From IMG/VR virus record IMGVR_UViG_2541047915_000012: a DNA stretch of 38,067 nucleotides; one strand, 5' to 3'. Under the pieces are notes generated by a model. It did no database searches, had not been told where the DNA came from, and worked only from the letters and a program-made list of their open reading frames with translations. Position 1 is the first letter of the stretch; every line of letters begins with the position of its first letter. The position numbers and the translations under genes were made by a program. This document shows, piece after piece, positions 7,105 through 16,786 of the stretch. The DNA comes from a virus (Duplodnaviria > Heunggongvirae > Uroviricota > Caudoviricetes).

Positions 7105-9121
7105 TTATTGAGCTTCTTTTTGTGATGCCTGTGCGACTCTGGTGAGCGATTGTGTGACCGTACTGATCGCTCTGTCATATGCTGTGCTACCTTTTGGCGT
7201 ATTTGCCAGACGTAACAAGGCATTTCGTATAACAGGGCTTTCGTATGCCTTCGCAGCTCCTCCTACGACACCAGCAGCAGGAACAACAAACGCAGCCGTT
7301 TTTAGCATCCCCGCTAATACTGCTGCGTTTATGATGCCACCACCAACTAACAATCCATAAAGCTGCTGACCATTTAAGTTTTGAACGTTCGCTTTTGCCG
7401 CGTGTCTTGTATCGTTGAGGTATTTAATAACGCCGTCCAGTTCCTTTCCATGTACGCCTTTAAAGAAAGTTGCTGATTGCTTCCTGTTCCGGTGTAACGC
7501 ATTAATAAACTTTTCAACACTAATATTTCCAGACGGATCAGTCGCCTTATCTACAGCATTCTGAACTATGGCTGCTCGTGCGTTTTGCCTACCATTGTCA
7601 TCCAGAAGCCTGTAAAGCTGAGAACGTTCTGATGGGTTTTGGCTAAAAACGAGTTTTGTTACATCCTCAGGTGTAGCCTTGCCGCTGGCTATTGCCTTTT
7701 GAACGCGCGTTCTTCCCATCATGTCATTGAATCTAGCCCATGAGCGATCAACCCTAGACATATTGGCAGCTTCTTCTGAGCCTAGTTTTTGGGATACTGC
7801 TTTTTTCATATCCGCTGTATATGCCTTGTAGACAATATCGCTGGCTTTCTGGAGCGTGTCTTTATCAACAGTCTCGTTTGAATTCATGAACCGCTTTCGA
7901 AGGTCAGTTCTGTTTTCTCTCGCCAGACGCAGGTCATTGGGTCCGCTGGTGATATCGTCTTTAAATTGCTGCAAGACTTTTACCGCGGCTCTATCCTGAG
8001 ATTTGCCCGGGCGGCTTAACACGGCAATCTGATTGTCGATAGCTTTTACCGTGTTTGAGAGATCGACAGGGGTATCCCCCATAGCGTCAATTATGCGGTT
8101 ATATCGCTTTCCTGCTGCCTCAATGAATTTTTGTTGCCCTTTAGTCGCAGATTCATAAAGCTGTTTATCAGAAATGCCACCCAGACCATCGCTAAATGTT
8201 CTGACTAAATTTTCTCGTGCTTGTTGTTGATTCAGCCGATTCTTACCGGTTCCAAAAAAAAGGAACTCTTTCGCCTAATGTCTGAGCCTGACTCTGCATA
8301 AAGGTTTTATCTTTCAGCGTGTCACTGGTCATTAACGGCAGGTTTCTTTCCGACGCAAAATCGACAGCAGCCTTTGCTTCCGGTGACATCTCACCGCGAA
8401 CAGCCCTGGAAACCGCACTAACTGTATTTTCCAGCCCCTTGCCAACACCACCAATGCCAGCAGAAATTACCGTTTGTGCAGGATCAATATCTTCTCCGCC
8501 AGCAAGGCTGGTGCCACCCTGTAGTGCTAAATCTGTAGCAGCTGATTTCCCTATGGCACCAAGCACCGTTCCAGCCCTGCCCGCTGGTGTGAACGCTAAC
8601 GCATTAGCAAGAAACGAAGTCAGGTCTTGCGGTGATAAACCTGGCTTGTTCAGGGCATAATCACCGGATGGCAGGGAAACGATAGTGTTACCCTTCTCAT
8701 CCTGCCTTAATTTCGCCCCCATACTCTGAAGAATCTTTTCCTGAGACGCGTCGGAGCCGAAAAGTTGAGACCATCCAGCCTTCAGGGCATCCATGCTTAG
8801 TGAGTTCAACTCAGGGGCAGCCCCAACATTTTGCAGTCTCTCCATTTCTGGTGTCATTCGGCTTTCACCGGTAACGGCATCGCGCATTGCAGCACCTAAA
8901 ACAGCCCCTTGCTCAGCAGAGCGATCTAGTCCTTCCTTCTGCTGAGTGGCAAGCTGTGCATATCCTGATGCAAGTGAGTTGTCTGCTGGCGATTGCTGAA
9001 CACCTTGTTGTGTTGGCGCTGACTGACCAGCAAAATACTCATCAATGGCGGACCCAATATCTTCCGTGCTCGTACCATCAGGAAAGGTAAATGTCTTACC
9101 ATTTGCAGTTACTTTCATCAT
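7105..9121 (-). pseudogene. Ejection protein gp16 homolog with reading frame interrupted at an A8/T8 homopolymer
   Basis: Two same-strand ORFs (8243..9121, 292 aa; 7105..8082, 325 aa) where P22 has one gene 16; the downstream ORF frame stays open upstream through the homopolymer at 8254-8261, so a 1-nt change would fuse them (~670 aa). Confidence 0.5.
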
Positions 9122-10569
9122 TCCACCGTAAATTGAATGCCTGATTTTGACGTGTAGCTACCTCCTGCTGATTGCTGAGTAGCTGGCTGTTGCCTTGATG
9201 ATTTCTTCCCGCCATTACCAACATTAACGTTATATTGCTGGTTGTAATTGTCGGTATATTGCTGAATGTCGCGCATTGATTGTTGCAGCGCTTCAGGACT
9301 TGAGAAATCAGGCTTTGGCATACCCTGAAAATACCTATTGGCCTCTGCTTCGGTGTTGATGCCAGATGCCCCCATATCTCGGGCTGCTGCAATCCCCTGA
9401 TTTTGCATTTTGCCCATGATTCGCTGTGCAGCGTTGTATAGCCTCCTCTCCTCAACACCAGATGCCCTGCTACGAATATCTGCACCAAGAGCAAAAGAAC
9501 CTGAAGAACCTGTAATACCTGTCATGAAGCCAAGATCGTCAATTGATGCGCCAGAAATTGCATCAAGATCTTTCTTCATTTCGTAATTCTGTGCATTAGC
9601 TGCCGATGTAGCCGGAGCAGCAATAGAACTGGCGGGGACGCGAATCATATTGCCCTCGTTGTCTATTCCTTCGTAGAACGCATTAGCACCAGCGCCGTGA
9701 AGCTTCCTACCAACCGTTACCGTTCTGCCATCTGCCAGTTGCACAACATTCTCCCCGCCAGCATCAGGACGACCTCGAACACGAAGATATGTCTTTTGTT
9801 GCTCTGGAGACAGGCTGTTGAAATATTGATATTCTTTAACAGATGCAGGAACAGCACCTCCAGCAGTGCGCAGGGAGTTTTCACGGCTAACAGCAATGCT
9901 TTGCGCCTTTAAACCTTCCCCAGCTTTATTGCTGCGAATCGTCTCTGCCAACTTGCCACGCTCAATATCCCGACCTTCCATTTGATCTTTGATATCGAAA
10001 TACTTCTCATGACCGAGAGAAAATAGTGCCAGATTACCTGCGAAGTGCTGGAAGCCCTGCGGGTCATTAACCTGCATTTCCGCAATAGTTTCTGGAGGGA
10101 TACCTAAACGACGCATCTCCTTTTCGTTATCCATCATGAACCTGCCAAATGCACCCGGACCAAGCGACGAAGCGACCTGAGCCTTAAGCGCCAGATTGCC
10201 AAAATCATCCCGCTGGGCGTCATCGACATACCCCATGCCTTTACGGACTTCCTCAAACTCTTCGGGGAATGCTGTAATAAGATTACGCATCTGCTCCCTG
10301 TCGCCGGACGCATAAGCATCCGCATAACCTTTCTGGAATGCCGCTTTACGCTCCTGCTTTTGCTGCTGCTTATAAATATCAGCAACTCCAGCCAGACCAC
10401 GAAGACCTGTCAGAGCAACGTTATTTGCACCTGATCGAGCCAGTTCATTGTTTTCGCGGATCAGACCAAGCGTTGCGTTAATGTCGCTTGCCTTTGGCGC
10501 ATTCTCATTTTGCGTACCGATGCCAGCCAGAAACCCACCAGAATTAATACCCTGTTGCCACGTAGCCAT
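9118..10569 (-). CDS. Ejection protein (P22 gp20-like)
   Basis: 483 aa; position between gp7-like and gp16-like genes and size match P22 gene 20. Confidence 0.6.
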   Translation of the reverse strand: MATWQQGINSGGFLAGIGTQNENAPKASDINATLGLIRENNELARSGANNVALTGLRGLAGVADIYKQQQKQERKAAFQKGYADAYASGDREQMRNLITAFPEEFEEVRKGMGYVDDAQRDDFGNLALKAQVASSLGPGAFGRFMMDNEKEMRRLGIPPETIAEMQVNDPQGFQHFAGNLALFSLGHEKYFDIKDQMEGRDIERGKLAETIRSNKAGEGLKAQSIAVSRENSLRTAGGAVPASVKEYQYFNSLSPEQQKTYLRVRGRPDAGGENVVQLADGRTVTVGRKLHGAGANAFYEGIDNEGNMIRVPASSIAAPATSAANAQNYEMKKDLDAISGASIDDLGFMTGITGSSGSFALGADIRSRASGVEERRLYNAAQRIMGKMQNQGIAAARDMGASGINTEAEANRYFQGMPKPDFSSPEALQQSMRDIQQYTDNYNQQYNVNVGNGGKKSSRQQPATQQSAGGSYTSKSGIQFTVE

Positions 10570-10579
10570 TGATTACCCC

Positions 10580-11272
10580 TTAAAACAACGAGCCAAGCAG
10601 ACCAAGACCAGCACCGATACCAGCACCCCACGGAGTTGATAGCTCGAGAGCACTGGCTATGCCACCACCCAAAAGCGCACCGGATGCAGCACCACTAACA
10701 CCCTGCTGCAATGCTGACGGTCGGTTGGCGTTTGCCGCTGCAAGAGCCGCGCTTTGCTGTGAAATCTGACTCATGTTGTTGGCATATGTTTGCCCGGCGT
10801 TTGCCTGCCCCTGAAGAGCGCCAAGACCGATATTTGCCAGGTTGTTGTAATTGTTCATTTGTCCAGATAGCCATTGCTGACCAAGCGTTGGTGCGATTGT
10901 TGCTAACTGATTACTGGTTGCGGTGGAACCCAATCCACCTGTTGCTTCCGCTGCCGCCAGACTCTGATAGCGAGCCTGACCTGCAAGGTCTTTATACTGC
11001 TGAGAGTTGTAATACTGGTTAAGTGCCTGACCTTGCCCTTCCAGAGACGATAAGTTCTCAAGGCTGCCGACATACTTCCCAGCCAGAGGAGTAAACAGCT
11101 TCAGGTTGTTCATGATGGTGTTGAACTGCTGATTTTGCAGGTCTGCGGCATACTTCTGAGCTTCTGCTGCATACTTTGCGCTTTTATCAGAACTGCCACC
11201 TTTCCCGCCTTTTTCAGGGTAATAAGGTTCCTCGCCGCGCAGTTTTCTGCCCAGCGTAAATGCATATAACAT
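10580..11272 (-). CDS. Ejection protein (P22 gp7-like)
   Basis: 230 aa, Gln/Ala/Gly-rich with glycine-rich hydrophobic C-terminus; synteny and size match P22 gene 7. Confidence 0.6.
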   Translation of the reverse strand: MLYAFTLGRKLRGEEPYYPEKGGKGGSSDKSAKYAAEAQKYAADLQNQQFNTIMNNLKLFTPLAGKYVGSLENLSSLEGQGQALNQYYNSQQYKDLAGQARYQSLAAAEATGGLGSTATSNQLATIAPTLGQQWLSGQMNNYNNLANIGLGALQGQANAGQTYANNMSQISQQSAALAAANANRPSALQQGVSGAASGALLGGGIASALELSTPWGAGIGAGLGLLGSLF

Positions 11273-11274
11273 GG

Positions 11275-11730
11275 CTATCTCCCGTGATTCAGGAAGTCGA
11301 TTAGTTCTTCGCGTGTGGCGCTGTAAAACGTCACGTCATCCACGCCTTTGAAGTATTTCTTGATGGTTCCTACACGCTTAAGGCCAATCATTGCGCAGTA
11401 CATCTGCCCGTGGCGGAATTTGCGTGCAGCAAATGATGTGACGCACTGAACGGTGGTGTTGGTCAGAATGTATCGCCAGAACGCCAGCCCTATTTCCTTG
11501 CTGAAGCCGCGAATCTCTGGCAGGTACATGGCGTGGCAATCGAATGTAAGCGGCTGAATCTCCTGATAGTAAACAATGCCGCCAAACTGACCGTGCACGT
11601 TCACCTCAAAGTAACGGCAATCAGGTTTGTAGTCGTATCCATCACCGTTGTTGCTCCCGGCGATGATGTCAGGGTGATTTCCTACTGCTTCGATCAGGTC
11701 GATGTTTCGCGTTGGTTTGAATGTAATCAT
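11275..11730 (-). CDS. Head/tail assembly protein (P22 gp14-like)
   Basis: 151 aa; located between gp26 and gp7 homologs as in P22. Confidence 0.5.
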   Translation of the reverse strand: MITFKPTRNIDLIEAVGNHPDIIAGSNNGDGYDYKPDCRYFEVNVHGQFGGIVYYQEIQPLTFDCHAMYLPEIRGFSKEIGLAFWRYILTNTTVQCVTSFAARKFRHGQMYCAMIGLKRVGTIKKYFKGVDDVTFYSATREELIDFLNHGR

Positions 11731-12431
11731 CAGTCAATCAGCCCATGTAATCTAAGTGCTGTTTCAAGCGCCAGAATACGCTGCCGCGCCTGCTCCAAAC
11801 CTGTAGCGATAGCTGCGACTTCGGATTGTGTGTACGTAGTGCCGACCGTGTATGACTGGTTAGCGTTGAATGAGCCAAGAAGTGGTGTGCCTGTGGCCGC
11901 TGTCCATCCGGTCTGCCTTGCTCCAACGACCTGAATTCCATCAACTGAATATGATGTTTTTACATCCAGCGGTGACGCAAGAGACTGCGATTCTGTTACG
12001 GTTTTCGATACGTAATCACTCTTAATGTCAGATATATCGCTTTCTACGCCATCCAGTCTTTGGTCAACAGTGACCAGATGCGCCTGAATATCGATAACCT
12101 CATCCAGCAAGTAATCAACATCGCTACGCAGTACAACTATCTTCCCTTCGGCGGTTGTTAACCTGACCTCAAGGAGATTTATCGCTTTTGTGTTTGCGGT
12201 GATTCTTGCATCGTGGTCAGCCAGTTCGACATCCTGTTCATCGTTTTTCACCTGAGCATCGTAAGCGCCCTGACCAGCCTGATTTGCTTTCCCGGCAATT
12301 GCGCCGACATCAGCCCCCTGATTAATGACATACAGCAGGTAAGACTGGCTGAATATATTGCGTGGAAGGATTGATGTATCGAGCCGCGTCGCCTGCACAA
12401 TAACAGGGGTGTTGAGATTCGAATCAGCCAT
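11730..12431 (-). CDS. Tail needle protein (P22 gp26-like)
   Basis: 233 aa from internal ATG at 12431 ([18 protein letters not shown]...); N- and C-terminal regions (...[24 protein letters not shown]) match recalled P22 gp26; start overlaps gp10 stop by 1 nt. Confidence 0.75.
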   Translation of the reverse strand: MADSNLNTPVIVQATRLDTSILPRNIFSQSYLLYVINQGADVGAIAGKANQAGQGAYDAQVKNDEQDVELADHDARITANTKAINLLEVRLTTAEGKIVVLRSDVDYLLDEVIDIQAHLVTVDQRLDGVESDISDIKSDYVSKTVTESQSLASPLDVKTSYSVDGIQVVGARQTGWTAATGTPLLGSFNANQSYTVGTTYTQSEVAAIATGLEQARQRILALETALRLHGLID

Positions 12432-13849
12432 TACTCGATCCTTATCTGGCAGCCAGACAGAGTGACAGGTGACTTCGTGATAACGCGCAATTTGAAGCCG
12501 ACATTTTTCCTGATGCGCCCGACTCGCTTCCACAAAACGCGTTTGTCGTAAACAAACGGTTCATTCTGCTCAATCATCTGCTCACGACCGTAATTGATGC
12601 CGTCAGTGGTTGCAGAGAGAAAAAGGCGGTCGGCGTACTGCGCAACGCCAGTTGAAGATTCAACTTCAAGGTCGAAAACTCTGGCGTTATCCGCTTTGAA
12701 CAGAGGAGTAAACAGCAGATGCTCCTGTTGCTTGTCGTACTGGCTGCTGATGTCGAATTGCAATTTCCCGGTCACGGACTCCAGCTTATCGCCGCACGTT
12801 ATCTGATTGCCTTCGTAAATGAAGTCGATAGCGCGGTACACATCGTCATACAGACCTGTTTTCAGTACACACCATTGCGGAGCATTGGCGCTTGAAGATG
12901 CGTCGTATACGAGGACATGGCGCGGAAGATGGATAATCAGCAGCTCATGCGCATCAAATCGCAGAGACTCCATCACACCATCAGCCAGTTCATCAGCAGT
13001 GTAGGAGCGAAGAATTTTCTCAATGCTCGCGCTGGCGATTGGTGACACCTGCCCGGAACCGATGATGTATACAGACGGCGCACCTGTTGCCGGATTGCTG
13101 ATGAACGCATAGGAATCAGCGAATGGCGTTTTGCAATAGGTTCCGGCGATGCCTTTTTGCACCATCAGTGATGGCTGTGCGACATACAAAGCAGCACCAA
13201 CGGTGGTTGCGCCAGTCAGGGAGAAATATTCAATAGTCGATGAACCAAAGCAGACGATGAAGTCTCGCCATGTCCCGATACCGATGATGCCGTCCGGCTG
13301 CGATTCTGCGCGATATTGTGCACTGTATCGGTCAGGGTGCGATTCGTCTTCAAGGTCAGTGATAAACCATGAATCAGTTCCGTCTTTTGACCACGCATAA
13401 CGCCCACGTAAGCGAGTAATGTCGCGAACTGAACCTAACTCATACTGCGTGAATCCACTGTCTGTAGGCCAGTTTGAGACGGTTTTAACCGTGCCATCAT
13501 AACGATACTCGACCAGTTGACCATTAACGCCTACAGCCTGTGATGTTCGACCATGCGCCATTGATACGCGACCACTTCCGGCGACGTCACCGACTTCGCT
13601 TTCTCCTTTGTACAGCTTGCCGCCACACACGCGATAAACAGCACTCTGCGCCATGTTGTACTCGACGCCGCGCGATATACCATTCACATCAGAACGTTTG
13701 GCAATGCCCGGGAATGAGCGAAGATATCCGCTGCTGTTCAGGATTTCTTTGGGCGTAGCCAACATATTCACTGGCAGATAGTCGATATAGTCGGCGTTTC
13801 GAAAGTCTTTGCCGACACCTTTCATAAGCGGAAGTTGCTGAATCGGCAT
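12431..13849 (-). CDS. Tail accessory protein (P22 gp10-like)
   Basis: 472 aa beginning [16 protein letters not shown]..., same length and N-terminus as recalled P22 gp10. Confidence 0.75.
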   Translation of the reverse strand: MPIQQLPLMKGVGKDFRNADYIDYLPVNMLATPKEILNSSGYLRSFPGIAKRSDVNGISRGVEYNMAQSAVYRVCGGKLYKGESEVGDVAGSGRVSMAHGRTSQAVGVNGQLVEYRYDGTVKTVSNWPTDSGFTQYELGSVRDITRLRGRYAWSKDGTDSWFITDLEDESHPDRYSAQYRAESQPDGIIGIGTWRDFIVCFGSSTIEYFSLTGATTVGAALYVAQPSLMVQKGIAGTYCKTPFADSYAFISNPATGAPSVYIIGSGQVSPIASASIEKILRSYTADELADGVMESLRFDAHELLIIHLPRHVLVYDASSSANAPQWCVLKTGLYDDVYRAIDFIYEGNQITCGDKLESVTGKLQFDISSQYDKQQEHLLFTPLFKADNARVFDLEVESSTGVAQYADRLFLSATTDGINYGREQMIEQNEPFVYDKRVLWKRVGRIRKNVGFKLRVITKSPVTLSGCQIRIE

Positions 13850-13858
13850 TTATTCACC

Positions 13859-14320
13859 TCACGTACTCGGATCATCTTTCTCGATGTAAAACCGATTCCA
13901 CGTAAACGCGCTTTTGTTACCACTACCGCGAGGCATGTCATTTCGCCGCTCAAGTGGTGGTATTTTGGTTAAAGCGATACAGATTGTCTGATATGCACTG
14001 TCAGCAGCGGTAAGGAGAGCGTCTGACGGCTGAATGACGTTATCCATGCACACTTGCACAGCGAGTTTCAAAGCGACGCCATCATTTGCCCATGCAGGGA
14101 TGCCTGAATCATCGTCAGGTAACGGCATGATGCCGTTTTCTGTATCAGCAAACTGATACCCAAGCTCGATACCTTTCGCCTGCCATGCTGCCATCATGTC
14201 TTCGAGGTCATTAATGGCATCTTCAATTGCCTGAGGGTCAGCATCTGTCAACGTGGCATTGGAATACAGCCCGGCTTTTCGTAAAGCCTTTAGAACGAGA
14301 TCACCCTTCGTTTTCGCCAT
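13859..14320 (-). CDS. Head completion / tail accessory protein (P22 gp4-like)
   Basis: 153 aa; KTKGDLV..ALRK.G..S.ATLTD..PQ...DA..DLE.MMA.W resembles P22 gp4 N-terminus. Confidence 0.65.
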   Translation of the reverse strand: MAKTKGDLVLKALRKAGLYSNATLTDADPQAIEDAINDLEDMMAAWQAKGIELGYQFADTENGIMPLPDDDSGIPAWANDGVALKLAVQVCMDNVIQPSDALLTAADSAYQTICIALTKIPPLERRNDMPRGSGNKSAFTWNRFYIEKDDPST

Positions 14321-14489
14321 CTTCTTCCGCCTTAGCCACTTTTTGCTTCGTTGCGGTTTCTTCAGGAGTTTTTACCCAACCTTTTTTCAGGTGAGATTTA
14401 ACTTCTTCGTCATCAACAATGATGTAATCGACAGCAAACTGACCGCAGGTGATCATGTTGCCTGGCTTATAGAGCATTGTTCGTGCCAT
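14301..14489 (-). CDS. Small hypothetical protein between coat and gp4 genes
   Basis: 62 aa from ATG at 14489 with GGGAGAAG RBS just downstream of the coat-gene terminator; no recognisable homolog. Confidence 0.35.
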   Translation of the reverse strand: MARTMLYKPGNMITCGQFAVDYIIVDDEEVKSHLKKGWVKTPEETATKQKVAKAEEDGENEG

Positions 14490-14500
14490 TGTCTTCTCCC

Positions 14501-14527
14501 AATAAAAATGGGGCCGAAGCCCCACCA
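14501..14527 (-). terminator. Rho-independent terminator after the coat gene
   Basis: Minus strand TGGGGC-TTCG-GCCCCA followed by TTTTTATT, 4 nt after coat stop. Confidence 0.7.
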
Positions 14528-14530
14528 AAA

Positions 14531-15784
14531 TTACTGCCCAGCAATAACGATGCCCGTATATTCAGGAACCAGTACAGAGCAACCGTACAGAGTGGTGAAA
14601 CGCGCAGTGGTTACGCCTTTGATGTGGTCGAAGGAGTAAGACATGATCAGCGTAGCGCCCTGCTCGGTGGTTGCTGTCATTACCTGTGGACCCTGACCAG
14701 TTGGGAACGCCAGTTTGCCGTACATCAGTTCAACAGAACCATCAGCCCAGAACAGGTTAGCAGGTGCTGCGTTCTTGTTGAGAATGGTGATTGCTGCTGA
14801 TTCTGCCGGTTTGGCATCGACGTTTGCATATGGACGACTCGCAACATCAGTATTTTCAACAGGGAGAATCTTTGGAGAAATTGTTACGGTAGTTCCGCTA
14901 ACAGCCAGAACACGGAATACCTGCGGTTGACCGGTGGTATCTTTTGTGATCTGGTGTACGGAATTCACACCGGCAATGGTGAACGCATCACCAACCTGCA
15001 AGCCAGATGCAGATACCGTAATAGTCCCCTGTCGGTTATCAACTGGCATACCATTTGAATCTTTCGCTTCAACCTTGTGTTCAGGTTGGCCTGATACTGT
15101 CAAGGATTCAGTGCTTCCTTTCGGTAATCGACCAGAAATATCGGTCTTGTAGCTATCAAAGGAAGCAACCGGAGGGATCTGCGCTTTTTCGTATGCTGTC
15201 AGGGTTGCGCCCTGAGCGTAGGCTCGGTGACCAAGCTCGCCAGCAAGGTCTTTGTAGTTGAAGGGGTTCCAAAAAGAGCGGCGGTTGATACCCTGTGGCA
15301 CACCAATCGCCGTCATGGTGGCATCAATACCTGCCGCACAGTTCCACAAATCACGGCCCTGTGAACCAGTGGTTGAGTCAGCCATTGTGATCACGTTAGT
15401 AGCACGCTGCGTGACCATGGAAATCAGGTCAGAGTCAATCTGTGCAGCAAGGCGCATACCTGCGGCGCGACCAGCTTCAGTTTTATGCTCAGGGTCACGC
15501 ATTTCACGCGCATCCAGAGTGTACAGAATGTTTTTCGGCTCCTTGAACACTGAAGGAACAAGGCGCTGAACCAGTGCTGTTGGCGTTTTGCTGCTGAGGT
15601 CGAGGCCTTCCTCAATGTTCATGTGGTAATGCTGCGGACGATACAGAACATCACCTGCTCGCTGCATTGCTGTATCACCGGGACGGAATTTTTTAGCGTT
15701 ACGGGAAACTACGCAGGCGGCCTCAAAGCCTTCAACGTAGTTTTCGAACATGATTTCAAGGTCTTTTGCTAATTGGTTATCCAT
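14531..15784 (-). CDS. Major coat protein (P22 gp5-like)
   Basis: 417 aa; position after scaffold gene and size match P22-like coat; followed by a strong terminator. Confidence 0.7.
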   Translation of the reverse strand: MDNQLAKDLEIMFENYVEGFEAACVVSRNAKKFRPGDTAMQRAGDVLYRPQHYHMNIEEGLDLSSKTPTALVQRLVPSVFKEPKNILYTLDAREMRDPEHKTEAGRAAGMRLAAQIDSDLISMVTQRATNVITMADSTTGSQGRDLWNCAAGIDATMTAIGVPQGINRRSFWNPFNYKDLAGELGHRAYAQGATLTAYEKAQIPPVASFDSYKTDISGRLPKGSTESLTVSGQPEHKVEAKDSNGMPVDNRQGTITVSASGLQVGDAFTIAGVNSVHQITKDTTGQPQVFRVLAVSGTTVTISPKILPVENTDVASRPYANVDAKPAESAAITILNKNAAPANLFWADGSVELMYGKLAFPTGQGPQVMTATTEQGATLIMSYSFDHIKGVTTARFTTLYGCSVLVPEYTGIVIAGQ

Positions 15785-15802
15785 GCTTAATGCTCCGATA
15801 GG

Positions 15803-16696
15803 TTATTTTTTTGCCTTTTTAGCGGCGAAATACGGCGTCCAGTCACCAGTTTCCAGCGCCTTGGCTTTCAATTTGTCGAGGTTGTTGATTACTGCGCCGT
15901 TGCTCCCCTTAACCGTCGGGGTTGTGGCTGCCGTGGTTTTTGCTTTTGGCATGATTCTGGCCTTCGATTCGATACGTTCCAGCAGACGACCAATTGCTAC
16001 GGGGTTGGTAGCTTCTGCCAGTTGCTTGCGCAGTTCAGCGTTGCGACCAAGCGCCAGAACAACGATTTCCGGCTTCTCTGACTCAAACAGGATCGCGTTT
16101 TGTGTCTCGATGGGGATTTCCTCGAGTACGGCCTGCTCAGCTTCCTGATAGCCAGGAACTTTGAGAGCCTTAACACGTTGCTGATATTTGGATAATCGCT
16201 CTTGATAGGCAGCCTGAAGCTCCTGCTCCTTCTGCTTGCGAGCCATCTCCTGTTGCTGGTACTTGCCATTATCCTCTGCCCACTTAGCCATGCGTTGCTG
16301 GTAGATTTCTTCATCGAAACCGATGTCCTCATCATCCAGTTTTGGCATTCGCGGTGGTTGAGTGATTACCGGCTGCTGCTCGACGGGTTTCTGAGACTGA
16401 CGCATCAGCTCTTTCAGCTCGCGGTCTTTCTCTTTAATCGTCTTGCGCAGGTGTTTTACCAGTCCATGCTCAGCGCCATCTTCGCTGGTTGGCGAATCCA
16501 GCTTTTCGTCACCAAAGTAGAATTCCTGTTCTGATTCGTCGTCATCAGTTTCAGTAGCCTCCTCTGCATCATTGCCTGAGGACTCACTGCCATCTTCTGT
16601 TTCGACTTTTTCAGCCAGTTCGACATCATCAGGAATCTGCTCTGACGCGTCGGTTTCGATTTCAACTTCTGGTGTGTTTTCTGCCATCTGGTCCAT
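15803..16696 (-). CDS. Scaffolding protein (P22 gp8-like)
   Basis: 297 aa, highly acidic and helical, located between portal and coat genes. Confidence 0.65.
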   Translation of the reverse strand: MDQMAENTPEVEIETDASEQIPDDVELAEKVETEDGSESSGNDAEEATETDDDESEQEFYFGDEKLDSPTSEDGAEHGLVKHLRKTIKEKDRELKELMRQSQKPVEQQPVITQPPRMPKLDDEDIGFDEEIYQQRMAKWAEDNGKYQQQEMARKQKEQELQAAYQERLSKYQQRVKALKVPGYQEAEQAVLEEIPIETQNAILFESEKPEIVVLALGRNAELRKQLAEATNPVAIGRLLERIESKARIMPKAKTTAATTPTVKGSNGAVINNLDKLKAKALETGDWTPYFAAKKAKK

Positions 16697-16786
16697 TTGT
16701 TACCCCTGTTTACTCGATGTTCAGCCCATCGGAAGGCAATAGGGTGCCAGGCCTCATAAAGACAGCCATTGCACGTTATGGGTTAA

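Noticed and set aside
8319-10400. ORFs overlapping the ejection-protein genes (8319..8660, 8887..9090, 9096..9494, 9697..9912, 10134..10400)
   Set aside because: Antisense or out-of-frame shadows of structural genes with biased composition.
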